NCBI GenBank assembly: GCA_003693705.1
Contig: RBZT01000328.1
Coordinates: forward strand, 1 to 64,000
From: Polymyxa betae A26-41
Lineage: Eukaryota > Protista > Endomyxa: Phytomyxea
Length of the DNA stretch: 64,000 nt
Reading direction: 5' to 3'
Within the stretch, counting starts at the first letter, position 1; each line of letters begins with the position of its first letter. Of this stretch, positions 12,228 through 26,779 are shown piece by piece. Made by a program: the position numbers and the translations under genes. The notes beneath the pieces were generated by a model, which was given only the letters and a program-made list of their open reading frames with translations, ran no database searches and was not told the origin of the DNA.

Positions 12228-14538
12228 TTAGGTTGGTTTATTGTTCGATGCAGAGACGGCCTGCGGATCGCCATTAGCGGATCTTTTCCTGCCTTCTGCG
12301 ATCAACGATAAGACAAGTTTCTTGGGCAGCATGATGGGCAGATGCGGTTCTCGTGGAGGCTTCAATCCTGCATCATTGCCATCAGCATTAATCATACGTT
12401 TAGCGTCTTCGATTTTCTTCTTTTTCAGGTAATCTTTCATCTCTGCGTCGTAGACGGCCCGATTCTTGAGCAACTCACGTCGGTACTTTTTCATGGTCTC
12501 TTTCAGTATATCGGTTCGTATCTCATCAGCGACCAGATCCTCGCGATTTCGGCTTTGTAATGAATCCCATTGTAACATCCAGAGATGCAGGCGGGCATCA
12601 CGCAGCGATTTCCATCGTGTATGAAATTTTTGTAGAACCAGTACACGATGCCGGAAGTTCTTAATAATGGTCGACAAATTCTTTTGAACGCCAGCAGCGC
12701 TCTCCAAGAACTATGTTTCAAATAAGATGATTTCAAAATGAAACTGACCGAGTTCTGACCTGCTTGATGACATCAGTAGAACGATGTCGCATCATAATTT
12801 GATTATTAACCGAGCACAGTCGCAGAATCGACCGAACAGCCAACAATGACCGTCGCGCCTGTCGATAGCGCCGTTTCAGGACGCATCGGCTGATGAATTT
12901 ACAAATGACATTGGCGGCGTTCAGGCAACGGATGAAGCCTTGACGGACGATGCGTCCGGAGACCAGCTCTTGGCCCCAGCGTTGATGAATGGCCCCGATA
13001 TAGATCCAGATCAGCCATTTCTTCTGCAGCTGCACCAGGGACCTCTTCTTCAAGATTTGCTGACGTCGAGAGCTGCACTCCTTAAATAGGTGACGATAGT
13101 AGTCGCCAGCAGATGCCTGCTGCTGCTCAAGGTCGGCTTCACCGCGTTCGACATGGGTTCGCGCCGATTGCAATCGTTGATTATGCAGCGTCATCCAGCG
13201 TTCTCGAGCTGTTTCGCGAGCCCGCGGTGTGTACCTCAAGCAGGCAGATTCTGCAGCGTTATCCTCAACGATATTCCTGGGCAACCTGCAGAAGGAGTTA
13301 ATTGAGGCTTTGCTGGACACCGATCGTGGACAGGTGATCACCCGGATATCTTTAACTGTTGTTTGGCGAGTTTCGCTTTTCGCCATTGCAGAATACGGGT
13401 GCGTAAGACGGCTTTCGCTTCCGGGTTCTGGGCGAAATGGTCAATCTTGTTCTTCATGCGGTCGTGAATGGTCTTGTGCGAGGCCGCTGAGACGGACGCG
13501 ATGGCTCCACCATCACTGTTCGATCTGGCACGTCCCGAGCGCCCATTCTCGTCAATGTGCAGTGTGGCTTTCACACTGAATGTTGTGGCCTGGGCCGATT
13601 CGATGGTCATGTAGTACCAACCGTTGATGGCTTGAATGTCGCGTCCTGCTGTTCATAAAAAAACGTTAACTATGAACGGTGTCGAAGGTGTCCTCTATAT
13701 TTACATATTGTGATTTGCTTGTAGAGGCCCGGATTACCTCCATTCCACATACACGATCTCATATCTGGATACGGCTGCTGAGTCGAGACGAATAACTGCA
13801 GATGCTCATCGCCGAGACTTCGCAGCTCGATTTTCAAATGCGATGATGCCGAGCTCAGATCCGCCATCACCTATCGATCGTTTTTCACAGGCGCCAAGGT
13901 CTTATCATGTCTCTGATACCTTGCAGTAGAAATGCTGGCCCTGGTCGATGGTGTCTTTGCAGACGATATCTTCGAGTATGGTGGTCCCGGTGTAATGTGC
14001 TCGAGATTGGGTTGATTCCATGATAGCGCTGATCGACTGGACGATAGCTGTGAAATCACGCGCGTGATTCGCCTGATTATTACTCCATGAGACGAGCAAC
14101 GATTCAATCCGATTCCGCTCCTGATCGTTGCCTGATCGAACCTGAACCAGAGCCGCAATCTGCGCCGCTAAACGCTGGTTTTCACGTTGCCTATAACGGC
14201 ATCGATTGATTTAGCTTCTCAGAGAGTATACGAAAGACATACGTGAGAGTGGCCAGCGTTGACTGATTCTTACGTAGAAGACTGATTGCTATTGGTCCTG
14301 TCTGTGTCTGCATGAGTGGACATTGCAATTCAGATTCCGATGCGGTTGCAGAGACTGGGTCTTTGACATGTTCGCCGCCTTTTAGCGGCGGCTCGGGCAA
14401 ACTGGTCAGCTGCTCTTTAACTGAGCCGTATCGATCTAACTGCCTGCTCTCGGATTCTGCGGCTACGACCTCACTATCATGGTCGAGATCTCCAGAGCTG
14501 TTTAGGCGTCGGTCATAAATTGGGACAGTTTCAGACAT
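12228..14538 (-). CDS. Hypothetical protein with a PPC-like beta-sandwich and a basic coiled-coil/IQ-like C-terminus (multi-exon)
   Basis: Exon chain of ORFs 14191, 13905, 13670, 13338, 12733 and 12228. GQHFYCKV..LKIEL..LQLFVS..PYPD..GWYYMTI..TFSVKATL resembles a PPC module. Confidence 0.55.
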
Positions 14539-14627
14539 TGACTATGTAAGCCGACTGTACACGATCGCTGATACAATATTTAGTTAAAATGTAGTATAAT
14601 CAGATAGATACTGCTTGAAATACTATA

Positions 14628-15308
14628 TTAATCGGTAGGAGAATTCACAGAACTTGACTGTGCGGATGATGAGACGCCATCAAACTTACGAAATGCCGAC
14701 ATGCTGCTAAAGATTGAGGTGGGCATTATGGCTGGCGATTGCTTCACGCCACAAAGGTCCAAGAAATTCTCGTTTGCCCATTGCGATCTGCATTGCTGGA
14801 TTCGGTTTACATTGTCTTGAAGTAGACGCTGTACTTGCGTTGCCATGTACTCAACGAGTTTAGAAAGAAGCTCTGGAGAAGCTAACGGGACTACCGATGA
14901 GAACCTGGAGTTGAACGTGGCAATATAGTCAATGATCTGCAGCTGATACCTGACCAGATCACGTGTGAGATTGTCGCCAAGTAAACGATCGGTTGGAGAT
15001 AACACAGCTGCGAATTCTGGCGATAATTCTGAGCAGAATTCGTTGAGCTTCTGCTGCGAAGTCACAGAATCACAGCATTCCTGTAAAATCTCTTGACGTT
15101 GCGCGTCGGAAAGCGATACCGAGGACGGCGAACTTGCCGACCGCTCGATAGCCAATTTCAGCTTCTTGGACGGCGGCGGTTGTGGATGCGGAGACGATTG
15201 TGGGGATGGCGCCGGGGTGCAAGCGGGCCATGGCAAGAAGACGAAAGGATGCGAATCGGCCGAGGTCGAGGTGAGACAGCTGGCGGTTGTGATCGAATGC
15301 CTGATCAT
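14628..15308 (-). CDS. Hypothetical protein (Pro/Ser-rich N-terminus, NLS-like PSKKLKL, helical C-terminus)
   Basis: Intronless 226-aa ORF; no family recognised. Confidence 0.55.
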   Translation of the reverse strand: MIRHSITTASCLTSTSADSHPFVFLPWPACTPAPSPQSSPHPQPPPSKKLKLAIERSASSPSSVSLSDAQRQEILQECCDSVTSQQKLNEFCSELSPEFAAVLSPTDRLLGDNLTRDLVRYQLQIIDYIATFNSRFSSVVPLASPELLSKLVEYMATQVQRLLQDNVNRIQQCRSQWANENFLDLCGVKQSPAIMPTSIFSSMSAFRKFDGVSSSAQSSSVNSPTD

Positions 15309-15572
15309 ATGGTGGATAACGACGACCCTTCAGTTAGTTGGCATGACCAGAGCGAGCTGAGAGAACCACTGGGCATATATTTCAAGTGACCTCAGACAGG
15401 GATGGGACTGTAACGCCATTCCCATGTCCCACGGAGACCCCTCCAAGAGGCAAGGGGACCATCCCCTCATCATCTATTAATAACTCTAGCCTTTATCAAT
15501 TATCATAGAAAAAGCCGCGGACTGTTTATACCCAGTCGTCGGTTGACGGTCGTCTGTTGACTGCTGGATGCG

Positions 15573-18500
15573 TCAGATAAGATTACCGTTTACGAACTGG
15601 GCTGCCTGTCTATTCAATCGTTTTCGGTCCTTTTCTGACATGGATGGTACGTGAACGGCTTTCTCAAATGAAATTAGGAAGTTTCTCATAGGGATATACG
15701 TCAGCGTTATCTTGATGGTAGACATGAGGAGCTGGACAATGAGGATTGTGACTTGAAGAATCAGCTGAGTAGATAACAGGGCTGACCATGGCGCTTCTGA
15801 CACGCCTCGTACTATATATGCATTGACGACATATTCGTTGAATGAGATCTCACCGCGATCAGCAACTGGAGCCACAGACACTGAATATGAGTCGCCTAGA
15901 ATAATAACGTTTCTCTCTTCGTAGATGCCTGAATGTGTGTATGAGCTTGATAGGCCTCTGTTCAGAACGTCACGACCGTCTGGATCAATGTCAACATCGT
16001 ATCTCACTCTACCACTCCTCTGTCCAAAACATCAATAGATTTTTGCTTAGCAATTGGAGGAATTACCTTCAGAGCTGAGGTCACAAGGCGGAAATTTCGT
16101 GCATTCTTGTCCCATAAAAAAACTCCTGTTCATTCGATAAGTTGCTCAAGTTATGTAATTTGAGTAGTAATGTGTCTACCATAATATCCATCATTGAAAG
16201 TTTTTAGAACATCGTCCCAAACAGATATCTTTTCGTTGAACATGTCCACAACCACCATCGCACCAACCATGAGACGACGGTCATCTGCTTCTCGGCATCA
16301 GTGGGCAGAAGCAACGCATGAATAATGGTGAAATACCGAATGTAGAGTCAATCGAAGATGCAACAATGCGAACAAGCCCAGGTTCATTACTAGGTAGCTG
16401 TACGCCAGTAAGGTAACCTACTTGATCGTAACTCCAAAGTTCCGTTGCAGCGAACGTCGATCCATGTAATTGTGACTGATTTGCCAAATACTCAAGGGCT
16501 GACTGGATTTGAAAAATGTGACCATTTGATTTAGGATATGAGCTAGCCAGAATAATTCCTGTTCTAAACGGGTGTCATATTGGATTAAGAAGGCAAAGTG
16601 AAGCCTTACGTATCAGTGATTAAGATGCCACTGACCTGAAGACTATTTGCAACAGATTTAAATCGAGTAGCATACGACGAAGGTAGGATTTGATTCTGAG
16701 CTGTTCGTTGGACAATAATATCAAAGCTCGACCAATCTTCGATAAATGACATCACATTGTCTGACTTGCTGTTTAACACAATATCCATAAACCGACCCTA
16801 AAGAAACGATTTGATCGATAATGCGATGCGGATGATGAGGAGCTATACCTCAGTAATGGCAGAAGTGAAGCTGGAAATAACCGACAGCAATAGGGCCCGA
16901 TTAATGAATATCAGACCAATCAAGGCGCATTGAACCAATACTGCCTTGGACAGTAATATCCATAACCATGATCTGTTTGATTTCATTGTGCGAATGGAGT
17001 CGTTGAATTGCTTCAATCTAACAGCGATTTAGCGTACAACAGAGGCACACACCAATCTGATACCGTCTCAGTTTAACAGACTCGATCAATGCCCTCATAG
17101 GATCGATAAATTTCCGAACTAAAGTGGTATCAAACTGAGATGGTAACAAGCGTTATAATGGAGACCAACATGCATATCGGACCATGACAAGACTAAGCAC
17201 GATGAGAATTACGGCACAGGGTGCATGCCAAGCGATCGCGTTTTTGACCGTTTTTGAAACAACTCCATTCTCTTCTCCATAAATGCAAACAGCCTTCGGC
17301 CTGATCAGGTTACTTATAATGGTTCCATTCTGAAGCAAAGCCTGTGGGCATTTTTTGGCCGAATATGTGTATTTCGCGTTCCCTAAAGACCGACCAGTAA
17401 TGAACAAACCTAACAGACTTCATCTCACAACTCTACCAATATGAACTGCACCCGTAACACTGCGATCTTGACCACTATCTAGTGCCTTGTTGAGTTGTTC
17501 CTTGTCAAGCAGGTTCGCAATGTCAGGAAAAGATTCCAAGCCTGGACCTTTTCCGTACGAACACGATGTCAACCATAATTGATTATCAGCGGAGACAATC
17601 GAGGCGAATGAAGATTTATCATTGTGAGTGACGACATCCGAAATCAGCGTATATCGATTTTGTGTCACAGCCTGCCCTAAAACGATGTTAGAAAATGCAT
17701 ATCATACTGCTCAGTATTACCATAAACAAGGAGAGCTTGGGCTTTGCCGGTGCCACACGGTATTGGAATCAATAATAGCTGAAATAGTATAGATGGTGAT
17801 TGTGACCATGTCAGTGACTTGTCTGGAAAACTGGATGACGAATATACGCTGGCATTCATTGTTAACAAGAATGCAGGATTTAGTAAAACCGAAGTCGAAA
17901 CCTGCCAACGTTAAGCGAAGAATCGACCATCAGTGATATGATACGGTACCGATTGCATTGAATCAGAGAATTTCTTGGCATAAATACTAATTACGTTCTC
18001 GGGATTGAAAATTTGATTGTTGGGGTTTTGAGATCTGGCATTGATAATAACAGAACCATTTAATCTAACGATTAGCGAGAGCTCATTTCTACGATTATCT
18101 TGCTCATGAGCGAGACGTCTCAATTGTTCCGACACTGCTGATCGATTAGAGAAAACCGCCTGACAAACGATACTGTTTGAAGAATTGGTTGCGTGCTGCA
18201 GTGCTGCCATGCCCTGAGAAAAATCAACATCTCAGCAATATCACGAATGAGAATTGTAATTGTACCAACCATATCTCGATAGAAGGCATTGTAACGAAAA
18301 TGAACGAAACTAGATGTATCTGTAGTTTTCTGGGCGAATGCTGTAGATAACGATGAAGAGAGCGCTAATAGCTGAACAAGAAGAGCAGCAACAAGAATGA
18401 GATCCGCTGCAGTAATTATTGCCAATGTCAATCTTTTGATGCTGGTCAATTTATCAACATGGGCTTTCTAAACATTTAAACGTTAGAAATTGATTAAGTA

Positions 18501-18659
18501 GAAGCATATAAATGCCTTTGCGCCGGGCCCCGGGCCTATTTCCACCAAATCTGAACTCTGACCTACGAGCTGACTTCCTTCACTTCCTCCTCTAGAATCG
18601 CTAATTCTCCTTCCCTGACAGGATATAGGGCAAGTAGGAACCCAATCCATGTCCACCAT
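15573..18659 (-). CDS. Membrane protein with two tandem TM-[Cache-like extracellular domain]-TM modules, no catalytic domain (multi-exon)
   Basis: Four hydrophobic helices: LAIITAADLILVAALLVQLLAL, CAVILIVLSLVM, WILLSKAVLVQCALIGLIFI, LILQVTILIVQLLM. ELSLIVRLNGSVI is a Cache-like strand; FIDPMRALIESVK is HAMP-start-like. Confidence 0.55.
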
Positions 18660-18953
18660 ATTGAATCCCCATTTACCGTGCATTTGCGTCACAGACTTAC
18701 CTAAAAAGCAGGCCAGCTGCATCTTATGACAACGACGAAGCGAGAAGAATTCTCGGACCTCGACATGCGACCGAGCTGGATTCCAGACTCAACGAACCAG
18801 AGACAAAGGGAAGACAATAATAACTTCCCCCAGAACAACCTGCCCTCTTCTTCAGGCTTACACAAGTCGAGACGTTACTACAATGAGTACAATCCACACG
18901 GCTCCAGTCTTATTAGGGTTTCAAAGCGCAAGTGTCGTATTAAAAGCATCTCT

Positions 18954-19949
18954 TTATGGTACAGAGTTATTGCCTCTATTCTTCATTTGACGTAGAACTC
19001 TTCGACTATTAAGAAGGTAGTGGCAGCCGGAGGAAACCGTCGTGGTCAATACAGCTAATGTCATTATTGATAGACTGGCAGCATCTGGAACGCCAAATGT
19101 CATCGATAGCATTCCGGCACTAACCCATCCCAACTGCATGCTGGTATTGATCTATATACGAATGAGACGGGGATGTCAACGAAACTTGGCGATCGCGAAC
19201 CTTGCTAAGAAGTGACGGGTAGACTTCATGCGTTGGGTGAGCGGCTACGTTGAAGAAAGACGTCACTGAAATCGCCCGATGATCCATCGAACAATATCGG
19301 ACGTATCCAGTGCCAAGAACCAGGAGAATATCCCGGCCGATGACAACAGTAGTTGCCAAAGCTGGAAGAATACCCAAATAGGATAACGTTCCTGCCATCA
19401 TTCCTTGACACAGCAATTTACTCATTGGACTGGTGAAGTGAAAGGTTCAGGCCCATACCGATTAGGATTTTATCAGCGAGCGGATCCAAATATGTGCCAA
19501 GGACAGATCTTTTGTTAAAGCGTTTGGCTATCCAGCCATCGAGGAGATCTGATAAAGATACAGCTGCGAATGCGGCTAATGCGGATTGATGATAACCAGA
19601 AACCATCAGATAAGATACGAGCGGCGTACAAACAATTCGGCTCCCTATTGTGAGATGGGTCTCAAGAAGCCGTAATTCGTCCACAAATAAAGTAAAATGA
19701 GTGAATACATAAATAAAGATAACCTGTGATTGCATTAGGCAATGTGACAATGTCCATTGAGCCAAAAGGCATATTCAGATCGGTCTGTGATTTCTGGCTA
19801 TCATTGCTGGTGATCCGATGACTGTAGCATCTACGGCTGGCGACAGGAACACAGCGAACCAAATGTCCTGATTGTCTTGACGATCGGATAAGAGAATAAG
19901 CAGAAAGAATGAAGTTGGGATTGACGACTCGCCATGGTGCGATAAGCAT
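18954..19949 (-). CDS. CRLS1: Cardiolipin synthase (CDP-alcohol phosphatidyltransferase)
   Basis: TLPNAIT, SDLLDGWIAKRF..SVLGTYLDPLADK, IGRDILLV, PSLLSK; transit-peptide-like N-terminus. Confidence 0.88.
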
Positions 19950-20507
19950 CGGATATGAACCCAATAATCATTCTCTGCTTTTATCACGCACTTTCATAGA
20001 AATCTAACGAGATGACAAAAGACAAATACCGGTAGGTCTTTAGACTGGCTGAGAAGCCATTCTAATCGACTACGAAGTATTTCGTTCAGAACCTGCTGAA
20101 CGTGGTCTACTCAGGTGAGACTTTTGAGCTTTATCATAGTTGGATTTTTGCCAACTCTAGATCGTAACACAATCAGGGACCGATATTGAATCAGAAATTA
20201 ATACGAATTGGATGCATGCAGGATGGTCAGCGCCATACAGAGCTGTTAGTCCACGACTGAACGAATCGTGCATCCCTTTATGAACCTTTTGCTTGTGTAG
20301 TGACACTGAAGTCTATCAACAGTGGATCGTTCATGGCACAACATTGATAACTGGGAATGAGAAGGCCACATCCACTGATGCAACGTAAGACGTCACCTAA
20401 CACCAAAGTGGCGCTGACGTAAGGTGTCGTTGGGTTGACGAGGCACTGCGTAGCTTCCAATACCCATCCATCCTTCCACCGTCAGCAAGCTATTCTTACC
20501 CAGCCAT

Positions 20508-21462
20508 ATGCTGGATTTCGACTTCTCCTGTGCTGTATATCATCAGGACCAATGGGTGTTCTGTCCGGTCATCTTCTGGGCAGGGTTTGTCGCTTGCGTC
20601 TGCATATTCGCGTTGGCATACGCATTGACTTACAGGTGGTTTACTTCGCTTGGATTTAAACCCTACGATGTCGAGGTCAGCTTAAGCATCAGTCTGATAT
20701 GAAGGGGCATTTACGAGCGGTATCTCGCAGGATGTAGCGATACGAGTTGTGAGCGTAGTTCATGCGATGTGGCTGGCTATTCCATTCACCCATGCGCTCC
20801 TAACTGAAACGCTGCAAACCAGCTATACAACCCACTACAGATGTGCTACGTTCTTAATCTCAGCGTCGCTTGGCTATTTCTTATTCGATACTATCGCCTT
20901 GCTTCATTGGGCTTATGCGAAAGGTATGTCGTTCTCTTGCAAATTGTCGTTTATCCCTTACCATGGTCACAGGACGCTCTTGGAGAAGCGAACTATCCAT
21001 GCTATGGCATCATGTCTTTGCGGCTGGAGGCGAATATTTTACTCTAGTTGGGCATGCCGGTGGATTTTTAGTGGCTTCACTGATGATGAGCGAATTTACC
21101 ACGCCTATGCTGCACATGTAAGACATGTATTGAGCGATCAACTTGATTACCTTTAAACTGGCCTTAGATTGTATGTATTAGAGAAGACCGGGTATCTGGG
21201 CGACAACAAAAGAACTAAATTTCTATGCGGGATGTTTGCCGTCCAATGGGTCGTGTTTCGAATTGGAGTTTCATCGATTTTCATCATCTATCTGATCGCA
21301 TACTACCGTGACTTTTTGCAGTTGACTTTATTTAACCAGGTCCTGTATGTCTCAGTCACTTGCTTCTTCAATTTCATCAATGCATTCTGGTTCGTTAAAC
21401 TCCTAAGGAAGGGCAACAGAGTTGTAAAAAATTCAAAACTGGATTCGAAAAAAAGTAGATAA
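20508..21462 (+). CDS. TLC (TRAM/LAG1/CLN8) domain membrane protein
   Basis: VSVVHA, SLGYFLFD, MLWHH, MSEFTTPMLH, WVVFRI, INAFWFVKL. Confidence 0.85.
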
Positions 21463-21912
21463 ATTTCAAAACATTGTCGCGTGTACCGTTGCAGACAGCT
21501 TAACTCTGTAATTTCAATAGGGCAGGCATCCCGGAGTAATTCGGTCCAGAACACCTTGCTGAGGAAATTCAACGCCAAACGATAGATCTCGATGAATGCA
21601 ATTCGAGCGCGTTGAGGTGTTTTTAATAATAAACTTTACTGCGCATCTATAAAGTTCAAAGTTTGTTAGAGCAAGCAATCCAATAGTACTTGTGTGCGAC
21701 AAAAAGGAAGTCTCTTCGATAATCAAATTTCTTATTTGACCGGTTCACCGTGAAGAAATTTTCGCTTCTGAAACATTGCGAACGCACTTATAATGCAATT
21801 GGCATTACAGTAATTACAGAGTTAAGCTGTCCGCAACAGTTTAAGAAGTTGATTGTCCCACTTTTATAAACCGCATTATGAACAATTTTATTGATACAAT
21901 ACTCAGAATCAA

Positions 21913-24900
21913 TCATTTTCGGAATTTGTACTTGATTGGAGGAATGACTAACGAATTCCCTTTCGCATCAGAAACTACGGCATCAAGCATGACAAATTTC
22001 TTATTCGGAGATGAAAGGGAACCATATAATTCTTCGTACAATTGCTTAAGATTTCTTGATCGATATGAGGCAAATCTCGCCTTGGCTTCGCTAGAAAGAT
22101 AAACATTAGCGTTGTAAAGAGCCTTTCCTTTGCCAGCGCTAATCATCTCATCCGTAATGCCTAGCAACATCATTTGAGTGCCTTGAAGATTCACATTTAC
22201 CGGAAGGGCAAACCCTTTTTGAAGAGAAGCTGTATTTTTACTCCATGGTGAAGACGATCAACAGCCGCTATAAAGTCTTCAACGGTCAAGTCACCAACAT
22301 CGATGTTGACCTTAGGATCAGTTAGGGATATTCAAAGACAACATGAGCTGCTGAATAGAACCTTATCCCAAACGGTGAACCCATCTGGAACTGGCCTAAT
22401 CTCCTCACACATAATCACATCAAACTGAGGCTTAGCTTTAGCAGGTTCTAATGGAGCAAATGACTGGAATGAATTAATAGCCAGGTTGACATTGGCATTA
22501 GACATCAGATCGAATTTAAGTTTAAGAACAACCTGATATCAACAAATGTTAGCTGATAATTGGGAAAGGATGCAGCAGCACGTACTTTGTACAATTCTAT
22601 AGAGACGAGACCGGAGATCATGGCAGTTGTAGTAGCCAGTGCAGGGATAATCTTTCCGGCAATCATCTTAAATAGATTGAGCATAAGAAAGCAAGCTAGG
22701 TGGAATCCACTGGACCTTGCAGGTATGCCTATTTGCTTCCTTGATACGGTAATTCCACGATCTAAGGTTCGACGCAGCAGTAATGAAGTCAATATGGAAA
22801 TTGGTATCATCGTCCTTTTCAAATTCGGCAGAAACCATCTCTGAGATCTGAATGGCACGACATTGGCAAGAGAAGTGGATACCAGCGCTAAAACTTAGCA
22901 TACACGTTTGAGATCAAACGTTTTCAACTTGGAGAGTAACGACGCCAACTCTGCCTCTTCAGACTCGTCAGATTTCGATTGGTTGGCGTTCGAAGAGTCA
23001 TCTTCTTCGGCATCAACCTTCTGAGGCTGCCACGGTGAATTGATGAATGAAGACGCCATTGCAACGATAGCGTCCCGATCTCGGCACTGCAAAATATATG
23101 AGTTCATAGCAAACAGCTGTTGGCAGAAAGACAACTTGAGGGATTTTGAAATTGAACGCATAAAGATTAGCAGTCGCCACGATGAAATCAACGTGCAAAG
23201 GATTATGCAAATCAATGTCAGCAGAGCGCGGGAAACGCTTCTCTCCCGTCCAGAAGGTGCCCAAATCGGCACCAGTTTGCGGGTCCGTTTTGCGGTAATC
23301 CTAAAGCAACTTAGCACCTGTCGGATAAACAAAGTGGAGAAAGAATTGCCTGTGGGAACGTGTAGATCAAATCATTGATCCGATTTCTGAACTGTTCAAT
23401 AAATCGCTGACAAGCGAAATGGACAGCTGTTTGGAACGTAATCGACTTGTTTTGGTTTTCTTCCAGCAAACAAACCAAACGTTTAAGACTTTGAACCTGA
23501 AATTAAATTAACCGCTTAGAGAGCGTATTGTTCAGGAAAACTAACCTGAACGCTCGTGTTGCCTTCTTTAGCCAACTGTCCTAAGAACGCCTCCGTGTCC
23601 AAAACGAGGGAGTTGAACTCAGAGGGAGTATCCGCAAACCAATCGGAGAATTGAGCACGGGCCCATTCGATACAGTGTTCGGTAAAATGAGGGAAATTAC
23701 GCAGTGTGCACACTAAGCACAGCAAATTTAGATGGATAGCAATTAAGGATTAAAAACACAACTTGGAATGGAATCCTCCTCCTGCTCCTTCTGCTCAGAA
23801 TACGACCGGGTCTGGAACGGAATGACGGATTCGCAATTCGCTTTGGTACCGAGTGTACCGGACTCCAATAAAGGCTTCTCAAAAAGGACACACCTTTATG
23901 ACAGATTAAAACCCAAAAAAGGGATATTTGTAAAGCTAAACTACATCGAATCGGTATACTGACGCGCCTTGACGTTGTCAAGAGCATTCCAAACGCCATT
24001 TAAGTTGCTCCAAAAATTGTCATGGAAAACATCCTCCGTATCAGGACCAACAGCCACCTAACTCTTCAGTCACCACGAGCCCAGCATTAACGTTTCAACT
24101 AACCTCGTAGCAGGAACAGTTCAGATCCGGATTCATGACTTTGGCTGCTTCGGTCGCACACGACGACTTCGGTTGGCCGACATTGTCACGTCGGAACAAA
24201 AACTGTCTGTTCAGATTACTAACCTGACATGATTCAGTTTGACGTAAAGACAGGAGTATCAATGGCATACTTCAATTCGGTCCATATCGGTGACATGAAT
24301 CAGACCTTGTGGAGAGCAACCAAGGCCGATCAATGCGATACTTTTGATATACTCACAGCCCAATGCACCAGCACCGACCAGGAACCATCTCTGTCACAAC
24401 ATTGAATAATCAACAGTATAAGCCGTAAAAGGCAAAACAGATATCTGACTTGCTCAGAAAGTGTCTTTTGAAAAGACCTCCCGAAAATAGCGATCTGATG
24501 GTCATATCGAGAACGACAGGATTCGTCCAATGCCGTATCGGGGAGGGGAGATTTAGGTGATGAAAGGAGCTCTAGCGCGTCATGGTGCAGCCATTGGTTC
24601 AATGGGGTGTACTTTCCAGCCGCCTGTATGCGATTCCAGTTAGTTCCCGAAGATTCTACAGCCTCTTAGAACACATACCTTGATGCATTCTTGAGCGATA
24701 ACACCCCCCAGGAAAGCAGTGAGTCCGGGTAACTCTGTTCGAGCATAGAGCGACACTGCATAAACAACATCATCGTCGATAGAATCCACAAGCAGGCAGG
24801 GCTAAATTCATTAAACAGATGTGACCACGCAACCCGATTGATACGCTACCTGATCTAAGTTTTGATGTTCTTTCAGAATCTGTTGCGCATAGTTGACGCA

Positions 24901-26407
24901 TTCTGCTGCATGATTTGCATTGTGCAGTTGGGGAAGCTCGCCTTGGTGCTGTGATTGAAATCGCCATAGAGCTAAACGTGCGAAATGCAGCTGTGCACCA
25001 CGATTATTGGTCAAGAGCTAATCATAAAATCAGCCAAAATCACAATGAACGAGAAGGAATTTACTTTGTTCATATCCATGTGTGGAAGGCCCATGAACTG
25101 TTCAGGGGTTACCGGATTGAGACAGGATTCGGCAAAGCTGCGATAGCGAAACGAAACAGGGACTTTGACCTAAGAACGCAGATGCGACTTAGATTGAGTT
25201 ACCGCTACAGCATGAAACATATTACCTGAGACACCATCCCAGAACCTGAATAATCCTCGGGCATTTCTGGGAATCCAACAACTTGGAATTTATCTGCCAA
25301 CAGAACACTGCGAACTTTGCCATCCGCTCCTCGTGAATCGCCAAATAAACGCTTGACGGTGAAGATATTGCTGGAATTCAAGATAAGACGGCTTTTGAGA
25401 AATTCTGCTATTTGCTTACGTTGGCTGGTAGTCAGGGCCCAGGGCGCTGTTCAACCTAGATCAGCCCGTCAGCAAAAACTCTGCTGCTGATATGCGAATA
25501 CCTTCCAAGGGGCTCTTCTAGTTCCTCAAACTTCACATAATCGCCGTCGTCGAGCCGATGTCGATTGCCGGCAACAGTAACAACCCCTGCAAACATAATA
25601 AGTCGATCCTACAGATATCGGCAACTGAGCAGGAAAGGCTCACCCGTCTTCGAAATAGACTGAACGACATTCATCCGAGTCGGCTCCCCATCTGGATCCG
25701 TGACGATATGATGAGGGCCAAAATCGGAGAAGATACTGGCTACAACACCACTCGTCCATCCATAGATAAATTTGATGCCACTCTCACGACAAACACGGTC
25801 CAGCGCCGTTAAATCCTTCAGATGGTTTGAGTGCCCAAACCACGATAACAAAAGATAATATCGTACCTCCCGAGTCATATTCGAAGTGACGACAACAACA
25901 TTGAACTGCTTAACGAAGGCTTCGTTTAGAGCATCTTCGTAGACCTTTACAGCGAGTGTGAGCAAATGGAAGGACACACGTTTTGAAGCAGCTGTAAGCT
26001 ATACCTTGACTTGCACATATGGGTTTAATGTCGCCAGTTTGTTCACACAGGCATTAGCCCTAGTTACACGATTCATAGCATCCGATACTGTCAGATAAAA
26101 ATTCGTCTGTAAGTCTCGAACGTCGGCAGGAACCGGGTCATACAGGATAACCTATATGACACTGAGCACAAGTACTACAATAGCTTGAAGCCAACCAGAC
26201 CTGCTTTGGACCGGCCAGAATCAGGTTTTTGGCGGTTTCGACACCGACACCGTTCAGACCACAGATCAGTACTTGGAGCTGGGAAAGGCGTCCCATCAGC
26301 TCCAGTCCAAAAGCACCGATCTGTCGCGAATAAAGATCCATATACTCAGCCGACTGAGCCTGCGGCTGGGCATGGGATTCCGAGGCGGGTGGGTTGTTGG
26401 GCGACAT
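21913..26407 (-). CDS. UBA1: Ubiquitin-activating enzyme E1 (many introns)
   Basis: [29 protein letters not shown], spliced catalytic [45 protein letters not shown]. Confidence 0.97.
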
Positions 26408-26779
26408 TGATGACGAGGCAAGCGAGACAAGGTTGACGATGAGAGGCGGCAGCAGACGGGGTTCGTGGAATGACGTTGAAAAAAGCGAGTGAGATCGTTA
26501 GATAGAGAACATAAACAGGCAAGGCAGTGTGGCAGGGTGGCCTAGTACAAGACACAGAGAGCGCAACTCCGAGCCATTCATATTCAATCGATGGGCTCTC
26601 TCATATCGAACATTCAGGGTGTTATCGGGGTCCCATGGGCCATTTTTAGCCATCTGCCAGAAACCAGGATCACGCCCTGAGCATGACTCGGAGATTGACA
26701 GACGAGCGGTTCACAGATGAATTCATGCCATCCAGCGGAATAGGCGAAGACTGGGGATTTTATTGTAAAAATGATCGAT

